From an uncultured delta proteobacterium (GTDB taxonomy: Bacteria > Desulfobacterota > WTBG01), in the NCBI GenBank assembly GCA_963752035.1, contig CAVVWZ010000098.1, positions 8,461-72,460 of the forward strand: a stretch of DNA of 64,000 nt, given 5' to 3'. Positions 58,193 to 64,000 of this stretch are shown one piece after another. The translations under genes and the position numbers were made by a program. The stretch's first letter is position 1, and every line of letters starts with the position of its first letter. Under the pieces are notes generated by a model. It saw only the letters and a program-made list of their open reading frames with translations. It searched no databases and had not been told where the DNA came from.

Positions 58193-60466
58193 TTACACAA
58201 GTGCTAAGCCTTCAGCACTTTCCACCCAGAGGGTATCATCCCTCAAGTCCACAATAAACTCATTACCCTCTTTCCACTTGAGGGTCAACGGAATTTTAAC
58301 CTTTTCATCTATTGTCCTTTTAAGGAGCCGGGCTCCGTACTTGGAACTATAGCCGCACTCAACCAGATAGTCAAGGGCTTCTTCTGTAACATGCATCGTC
58401 TTGGCTTTTGGTTTCATCTGCTGATTAATGCCTTCAAGGTACATCTTTGCAATGGCTTTCACTTCCTCTTTTGTTAAGGGTGAAAATACAATTATATCGT
58501 CAATGCGATTTAAGAATTCAGGAGAGAAGGTATTTTCCACCTCTTTCATTACACCGCGTTTAACCGAGGTGAGAGCCTGGGTGTCGGCAAGAAAGCCCAT
58601 GGATTTGGTTAAATTTTTAAACTCCCTCGATCCTAAATTGGAGGTCATAATGATCACAGCATCACTGAAATATACCCTCTTGCCCCGTCCGTCCGTCAAC
58701 CATCCTTCATCAAAAACCTGCAGAAAGAGATTCAAGACATAGGGGTTGGCTTTCTCTACCTCATCCAGGAGCAACACCGTATAGGGGTTATCTCGCATCT
58801 GGTTAGTTAAAACCCCTCCCCGCTCCGATCCCACAATACCACGTGGCATACCGATCAGCTTATCCACAGAGACAGTAGAATCTTTATACTCTGACATGTC
58901 CAGGCGGATCATTTTCTTCTCATCTCCGAACAAAAATTCTGCCATGGCCTTTGCCAATTCGGTTTTACCCACACCGGTAGGTCCCAGAAAGAGGAGGACC
59001 CCATCAGGTCTCTCATATTTTTCTTTCAGCGGCCCCTTGTTCAAACGGAGATGTTTTGCCAGAGAATTAATAGCCTCCTTCTGCCCCACCACACGTTTGG
59101 CCAGTGATTCCTCCATAGAGCTGAACCGGTCCGTGGTGTCCCGGTAGACCATGTCCAAAGGAACTCTGGCCGTTTGCGAAACCACCTGAATAACATCCTC
59201 TGAGCGAACGAAGTCCTCGGGACGATTAATTTCTACTTTCACACAGGATGTATCAAGCCATCCGATAGGCTTGTCAGGCAGTCTCAGGCCATGCATATAA
59301 CGGGGAGATAGTTCAAGAGCTGTTTCCAGGGCCTCCTCCGAGATTCTCACATTGTAGTTGTTTTCCAACCTTGGACGTACCCCAAAAAGAATTTCTTTGG
59401 TATCCTCAAGTGATGATTCCTTAAGATCAATCACCCTGAAGCGGCGGGCTAAGGCCTCGTCCTCCTGAATATACATCTTAAACTCAGCTGCAGTAGTTGC
59501 ACCGATAATCTGGACTTCCCCGCGGGCAAGGGTTGATTTAAAAATGTTTGCAGCATCAGCATTAACACCGAGAGCTGAACCAGCGCCGATAATGGTATGT
59601 GCTTCATCTACAAAAAGAATGAGGTTCTTCGCCTCTTTGAGCTCGTTGATAATTTTCTCAATTCGGTCCTCAAACATACCCCTAAACATGGTGCCAGCTA
59701 CGATCGTATTCATCTGCAAATTTACAATTTGATAGTCCCGTAACCGTTCAGGAAGGATCTGTGGCTCAAGTTCAAATTTTCTCGCTAATCCCTCAACTAA
59801 AGCTGTCTTACCGACACCGGGTTCACCGATTATCATTACTGAATTAGATGTTTGCCGGTGGCAGAGAATTTCAATCATCTGGTTAATTTCCTCATCTCTG
59901 CCAATAATAGGGGGAATTTTATTCCACCGGGCCAGTTTGTTTAAATTAACACCGAAATATTTGAGATGGGTAGGCAGTTCAAATTTTTTCTTATACTTCT
60001 CCTTCTCTTCCTCTAACACTCTTGCCTTCACAGAAACTGTCTGCAATACCCTGTTACTATCGACCCCCAAGTCACTAAAAATCTGTGCGGGGATACTTCC
60101 TTCTTCCTGGAAAAAGGCTATGAAAAGATCGCTCGCCTCGATGAGTTTCCTCCCAACCTGTTGAGCCTCTTTCCAAGCCAGACGCAGAATATTTTTTGTG
60201 GCTGCAGTAACATGCATTCCCACTCCCAAATATTCAACCGAAGAAGACAGGTAACGATCAATCTGTCTAATTACTACCTGTGGATCAAGCCCCAGGTCAA
60301 AAAGCACATCCCGAAAGAAGGTTTCTTCCACCCGGGAGAAAGCAAGAAAGAGGTGCTCTACACCTAAATGGCCATGCTGCCTCTTTTTTGACTCTTCCAA
60401 GGCAGCAGTTAATATTTCACCTACCCTGTCAGAAAAATAGTCCTTATAGTTGCCTAAATCGATCAC
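58193..60466 (-). CDS. Clp/Hsp100 double-AAA+ ATPase of ClpA/ClpC type (no ClpB-length middle domain)
   Basis: Clp N-domain repeats, AAA-1 GEPGVGKTA / LFVDEAH, AAA-2 GPTGVGKTE / LLLDEVEKA, 757 aa. GTG start after aaaggtg. Confidence 0.85.
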   Translation of the reverse strand: MIDLGNYKDYFSDRVGEILTAALEESKKRQHGHLGVEHLFLAFSRVEETFFRDVLFDLGLDPQVVIRQIDRYLSSSVEYLGVGMHVTAATKNILRLAWKEAQQVGRKLIEASDLFIAFFQEEGSIPAQIFSDLGVDSNRVLQTVSVKARVLEEEKEKYKKKFELPTHLKYFGVNLNKLARWNKIPPIIGRDEEINQMIEILCHRQTSNSVMIIGEPGVGKTALVEGLARKFELEPQILPERLRDYQIVNLQMNTIVAGTMFRGMFEDRIEKIINELKEAKNLILFVDEAHTIIGAGSALGVNADAANIFKSTLARGEVQIIGATTAAEFKMYIQEDEALARRFRVIDLKESSLEDTKEILFGVRPRLENNYNVRISEEALETALELSPRYMHGLRLPDKPIGWLDTSCVKVEINRPEDFVRSEDVIQVVSQTARVPLDMVYRDTTDRFSSMEESLAKRVVGQKEAINSLAKHLRLNKGPLKEKYERPDGVLLFLGPTGVGKTELAKAMAEFLFGDEKKMIRLDMSEYKDSTVSVDKLIGMPRGIVGSERGGVLTNQMRDNPYTVLLLDEVEKANPYVLNLFLQVFDEGWLTDGRGKRVYFSDAVIIMTSNLGSREFKNLTKSMGFLADTQALTSVKRGVMKEVENTFSPEFLNRIDDIIVFSPLTKEEVKAIAKMYLEGINQQMKPKAKTMHVTEEALDYLVECGYSSKYGARLLKRTIDEKVKIPLTLKWKEGNEFIVDLRDDTLWVESAEGLALV

Positions 60467-60526
60467 GAAAACACCTTTCTCACATTGTGATTAACGTCAA
60501 ATTTAAAGGATCACTTTTATATAGTA

Positions 60527-60555
60527 ACTATAACAAATCTGCAGTAATTTTTCAA
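60527..60555 (-). promoter_or_regulatory. Candidate sigma-70 promoter for the clp gene
   Basis: Minus strand: TTGAAA, 17 nt, TATAGT, about 60 nt upstream of the start at 60466. Confidence 0.4.
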
Positions 60556-60682
60556 TGAGTTCCAAGGGGGCTTCTATCTTATTCCTAAGCCAGCAGTCAT
60601 CTTTTTAATCGAGCAAAAAGTCATAAAACTTGAGGTGCTTTTCAATCTAGGAGGATTCCTGGAAAGCGGAAGTGCAGAAACA

Positions 60683-61336
60683 CTACAATTTTTGTGCTTC
60701 CTTCCAGGTATAGTAGATACGATGAAAAACCGTGAGGTGGGTGAAAATGGCTAAAACCCATAACACTACGGGCATCAGGTTGAAAACATCCTGTAAGAGA
60801 CCTCCGAGGGCTAATAAAATAATTCGCTCCGCCCGTTCCATTACCCCAACATCGCAATGAGGAATAAAAACTTCTGCACGCGCCCTGGTGTAAGGTACCA
60901 GAATAGTCCCGATGGAGACAACTGCTGTCAGGATAAGCAGCTGCATATTATCATTATTGGCATAGTAGATAATCAGTCCAATCAAAAGCACCAGATCCGA
61001 ATAACGATCAATAACCGAATCCAGGAATCCACCAAAACGGGTCACCCTGCCAAACGCACGTGCTACAGCACCATCCAGCATGTCGAAGAGACCAGCTGAG
61101 AGAACCAGAAATCCAGCCAACAGCCAATTACCATACACAAATGCAGCCGCTGCTAAAATATTAACAAGTAATCCCAGCAAGGTAAAATAGGTTGGATTAA
61201 GGTTGTTAGACCGAAACACCACCTTAATTAGTGTTGCGAGGGTAGAATCCAAGCGGTGTCCCAGTTTAGAACTAATCATCGCACTCCTCATCTTGGCGAG
61301 TCGCAAAGATCCCCTCGCTCCAAGACCAAAAACCAC
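60683..61336 (-). CDS. CDP-alcohol phosphatidyltransferase
   Basis: Exact family motif D-x2-DG-x2-AR-x8-G-x3-D-x3-D in DMLDGAVARAFGRVTRFGGFLDSVID. Start uncertain. Confidence 0.8.
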   Translation of the reverse strand: MVFGLGARGSLRLAKMRSAMISSKLGHRLDSTLATLIKVVFRSNNLNPTYFTLLGLLVNILAAAAFVYGNWLLAGFLVLSAGLFDMLDGAVARAFGRVTRFGGFLDSVIDRYSDLVLLIGLIIYYANNDNMQLLILTAVVSIGTILVPYTRARAEVFIPHCDVGVMERAERIILLALGGLLQDVFNLMPVVLWVLAIFTHLTVFHRIYYTWKEAQKL

Positions 61337-61369
61337 TCTATTCCATCAATGTTTCCAAATAAAATTATA

Positions 61370-61412
61370 CCCCTCACCCTATCCCTGTAGGGATAACAAT
61401 TGAGGTGAGGGG
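61370..61412 (-). terminator. Compound hairpin downstream of dnaK
   Basis: cccctcacc / ggtgagggg (9 bp) enclosing tatccct / agggata. On the minus strand it is followed by T-rich tataattttattt. Confidence 0.5.
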
Positions 61413-61445
61413 ATTAATCATTTGCTTCTTATCGTGCTACATGTC

Positions 61446-63353
61446 TTATTTTCCAGCATCCTCAAATTCTGCATCAACAACATCTTCATCACTGCTGCTT
61501 TGAGGGCCATCAGCAGTATCCTCGGGAGGAGGTTGATCTCCGGGCTGTTGTTCCTGGGTCTGCTTATACATCACCTCGGCAAGCTGGTGGGATGCCTTGG
61601 TTAAGATCTCCATTTTTTCCTTAATCTGACCCACATCACCACTTTCCACTGCTGCCTTTGTATCCTTAAGGGCATCTTCTACAGCCTTACAATCAGCTTC
61701 CGAAAGTTTTTCCTTGTTTTCGTTTAAAACCTTCTCGGTTTGGTAAATCAAACTGTCAGCCTGATTTTTGACATCTATCTCTTCTTTTTTCTTTGTGTCT
61801 TCCTCAGCATGGAGTTCGGCATCCTTTACCATCTGGTCAATCTCTTCCTGGCTGAGCCCACTTGAGGCGGTTATGGTAATTTTTTGTTCCTTACCGGTTC
61901 CCAGATCCTTGGCAGAAACATTAACGATGCCATTAGCATCAATGTCAAAGGTTACTTCTACCTGGGGAACTCCCCGGGGTGCTGAAGGAATACCGACTAA
62001 ATTGAACCTGCCCAGTGTCCTGTTGTACTGGGCCATTTCCCGTTCACCCTGCAGAACGTGAATCTCAACGCTGGTTTGTCCATCTGCAGCAGTCGTAAAG
62101 ATCTCACTTTTTCGGGTAGGAATGGTTGTGTTTTTCTCAATCAATTTAGTGCGGACACCACCCAGAGTTTCAATCCCCAGGGTCAGAGGTGTTACATCCA
62201 GCAGCAAAACATCTTTCACCTCTCCTGCCAGAACACCTGCCTGAACAGCTGCTCCAAGTGCCACTACCTCATCAGGATTTACACCCTTATGGGGGTCTTT
62301 GCCAAACAGGCTCTTAGTTAATTCCTGTACCTTGGGTACCCGTGTTGATCCCCCAACCAGGACAACTTCATTTATATCAGACTTTTGCAGTTTGGAATCC
62401 TTCAGGGCGACTTCACAGGGCTTATGAGATTTTTCTATAATATCTTCTACCATTTGCTCAAATTTCGCCCGGGTCAGTTTGACATTGAGGTGTTTTGGCC
62501 CTGAGGCATCTGCCGTTACAAAAGGCAGGTTGATGTCTGTTTCTACCGTACTGGACAATTCAATCTTGGCCTTCTCAGCGGCTTCTTTCAATCTCTGTAG
62601 AGCCATCTTGTCCTGGCTGAGATCGATACCCTGATCTTTCTTGAACTCTGCCACCAGCCAGTCAATTATCCTCTGGTCCATATTATCGCCGCCCAAATGG
62701 GTATCCCCATTGGTTGCCTTGACCTCAACCACATTATCACCGACCTCCAGGATGGAGATATCGAAGGTTCCGCCACCGAAATCGTAAACAGCAATCCGCT
62801 CATCCTTCTTCTTGTCCAGCCCGTAAGCAAGGGCAGATGCAGTGGGCTCATTGATGATCCGCAAAACATTTAAGCCTGCAATTTTCCCGGCATCTTTAGT
62901 TGCCTGTCGCTGACTGTCATTAAAATAAGCAGGTACCGTTATAACCGCATCAGTTACCTCCGTTCCTAAATAGGCCTCTGCAGATTTTTTCAATTTTTGA
63001 AGTATTTTCGCAGAGATCTCCGGGGGTGAGTACTCTTTGCCCATAATCTCCACACGGACTTCTCCGTTTGAGGCCTTTTTTACTTTGTAAGGTACCATTT
63101 TCATCTCTTCATTCACTTCATCATATTTCCTGCCCAAAAATCTCTTTATTGAGAAAATGGTATTTTCCGGATTGGTAACTGCCTGCCTTTTGGCAACCTG
63201 ACCAACCAGAGTATCCCCATCTTTGGTAAAGGCAACCACCGAAGGGGTTAAACGGCTTCCTTCCTCATTTATTATTACCTTCGGTTCTCCGCCATCCATT
63301 ACGGCCACAACCGAATTTGTCGTACCTAGGTCTATACCTATTGCTTTAGCCAT
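61446..63353 (-). CDS. dnaK: Molecular chaperone DnaK (Hsp70)
   Basis: [28 protein letters not shown]; full-length, 635 aa. Confidence 0.95.
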   Translation of the reverse strand: MAKAIGIDLGTTNSVVAVMDGGEPKVIINEEGSRLTPSVVAFTKDGDTLVGQVAKRQAVTNPENTIFSIKRFLGRKYDEVNEEMKMVPYKVKKASNGEVRVEIMGKEYSPPEISAKILQKLKKSAEAYLGTEVTDAVITVPAYFNDSQRQATKDAGKIAGLNVLRIINEPTASALAYGLDKKKDERIAVYDFGGGTFDISILEVGDNVVEVKATNGDTHLGGDNMDQRIIDWLVAEFKKDQGIDLSQDKMALQRLKEAAEKAKIELSSTVETDINLPFVTADASGPKHLNVKLTRAKFEQMVEDIIEKSHKPCEVALKDSKLQKSDINEVVLVGGSTRVPKVQELTKSLFGKDPHKGVNPDEVVALGAAVQAGVLAGEVKDVLLLDVTPLTLGIETLGGVRTKLIEKNTTIPTRKSEIFTTAADGQTSVEIHVLQGEREMAQYNRTLGRFNLVGIPSAPRGVPQVEVTFDIDANGIVNVSAKDLGTGKEQKITITASSGLSQEEIDQMVKDAELHAEEDTKKKEEIDVKNQADSLIYQTEKVLNENKEKLSEADCKAVEDALKDTKAAVESGDVGQIKEKMEILTKASHQLAEVMYKQTQEQQPGDQPPPEDTADGPQSSSDEDVVDAEFEDAGK

Positions 63354-63448
63354 GCTACTGTTACCTCCTTAGTTACTTTTCAATACAATTTAACTGTTTA
63401 TCTGCTTTCAGTGGTATCTAGCTAAGTTATATATATATTTGAAAAATA

Positions 63449-63477
63449 AATATAATCACTAAAGGTGGATATGTCAA
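63449..63477 (-). promoter_or_regulatory. Candidate sigma-70-type promoter for dnaK
   Basis: Minus strand: TTGACA, 17 nt (tatccacctttagtgat), TATATT, about 95 nt upstream of the ATG. Confidence 0.45.
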
Positions 63478-63569
63478 TATGAGTTGTCAATTATTTTGCA
63501 AAAAACTGTGTTACAAGGTTTTACCGGGACCTCTTATCTAATTATCTAAACGACTATGGCCAATCAATT

Positions 63570-63674
63570 GTCATTGCGAGGAACGTAGTGACGAAGCAAT
63601 CTCATAAGAAATGTCTCGGAATACAATTAGATATCTTAAAAACGAGATTGCCGCCCCTTCGGGCTCGCAATGAC
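63570..63674. repeat. 105-bp nested palindromic element
   Basis: Outer arms gtcattgcgag (63570-63580) / ctcgcaatgac (63664-63674). Inner arms gcaatctc (63596-63603) / gagattgc (63644-63651). An internal gccc-cttc-gggc mini-hairpin. Confidence 0.8.
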
Positions 63675-63759
63675 CGTTATTGTAGGTAGGCTACTATATG
63701 ATACGAGAAACTAGCACAGCCATTTGTCTTGGGAGCGAATGTTAGGACTGGCAAACCCC

Positions 63760-63999
63760 TTAGGTTTTGGTCTCTTCTTGCGTCTCTTCTAATAAACCAA
63801 CTATTTCCTTTAAAAAGGGGGCCTTCTCCTTATGGCAAATTAACAGCTTTCCTTCCGCTTGAACAACGATAAGATCCTTGACACCAAAGGTGGCAATCAA
63901 TTGATTCTGACTAAAAACAGTACAGTTCGAGGTATCTTTCCCCACATGCCGGCCAATATAAATATTATTATCCTCATCAGGAGTTAAGACTCTTCTCAA
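63760..63999 (-). CDS. C-terminal part of a mannose-1-phosphate guanylyltransferase-like nucleotidyltransferase (gene continues beyond the window)
   Basis: ...LIATFGVKDLIVVQAEGKLLICHKEKAPFLKEIV matches the end of the ManC/CpsB nucleotidyltransferase domain. The ORF is open at the window edge. Confidence 0.5.
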   Translation of the reverse strand: MRRVLTPDEDNNIYIGRHVGKDTSNCTVFSQNQLIATFGVKDLIVVQAEGKLLICHKEKAPFLKEIVGLLEETQEETKT

Positions 64000-64000
64000 A

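Noticed and set aside
63354-63760. CIRCE (HrcA operator) upstream of dnaK
   Set aside because: No TTAGCACTC-N9-GAGTGCTAA-like inverted repeat was seen by eye. A formal pattern search is still advisable.

Overview
64-kb bacterial chromosomal window, about 40% G+C by eye, densely coding (about 60 genes). I recognised no rRNA, tRNA, CRISPR array, transposase or integrase.

Backbone, mostly housekeeping:
- A long minus-strand block (14.5-26.7 kb): cimA-type synthase, lysC, tsaE, nnr, pdxJ, cdaR/cdaA (c-di-AMP), folP, ftsH, tilS.
- Elsewhere: pilT, a ClpX-family AAA+ gene followed by a J-domain protein, an IHF/HU-family gene, an orphan KAS II (fabF-like), a ClpA/C-type ATPase, a CDP-alcohol phosphatidyltransferase, dnaK.

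Accessory content:
- FN3 / Thr-rich / discoidin and FG-GAP surface proteins.
- A serpin and an NlpC/P60-like gene.
- A tightly coupled M50-protease / transglutaminase-like / ABC operon.
- A DUF3391-like / HDOD / GAF-HD-GYP operon.
- A TM-helix-repeat channel-like protein followed by an outer-membrane barrel.

Main anomalies:
1. A nucleotide-sugar dehydrogenase gene has low-GC 5' and 3' ends, but its ~1.25-kb core (about 31200-32460) is about two-thirds G+C. The core is in register with the flanks and carries seven frame changes. This is either an intragenic mosaic or an assembly chimera.
2. At least ten other genes are split by single-base frame shifts, and 16 of the 17 I traced are +1. Every long housekeeping ORF is intact.
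3. After frame correction, a catalytic ATP-PFK runs without a stop into a second, catalytically degenerate PFK-like half plus a C-terminal zinc ribbon.
4. A family of heptanucleotide tandem arrays occupies several intergenic regions, and two distant spacers share two modules in the same order.
5. Several long palindromic or direct intergenic repeats: a 26-bp perfect inverted repeat at 44.7 kb, a nested palindrome upstream of dnaK, and an ~85-nt direct repeat pair between a sigma-54 activator gene and pilT.

The taxon cannot be established from the sequence alone. My unverified impression is a draft-quality genome of an environmental Gram-negative lineage. All calls come from manual motif recognition; no searches were run.
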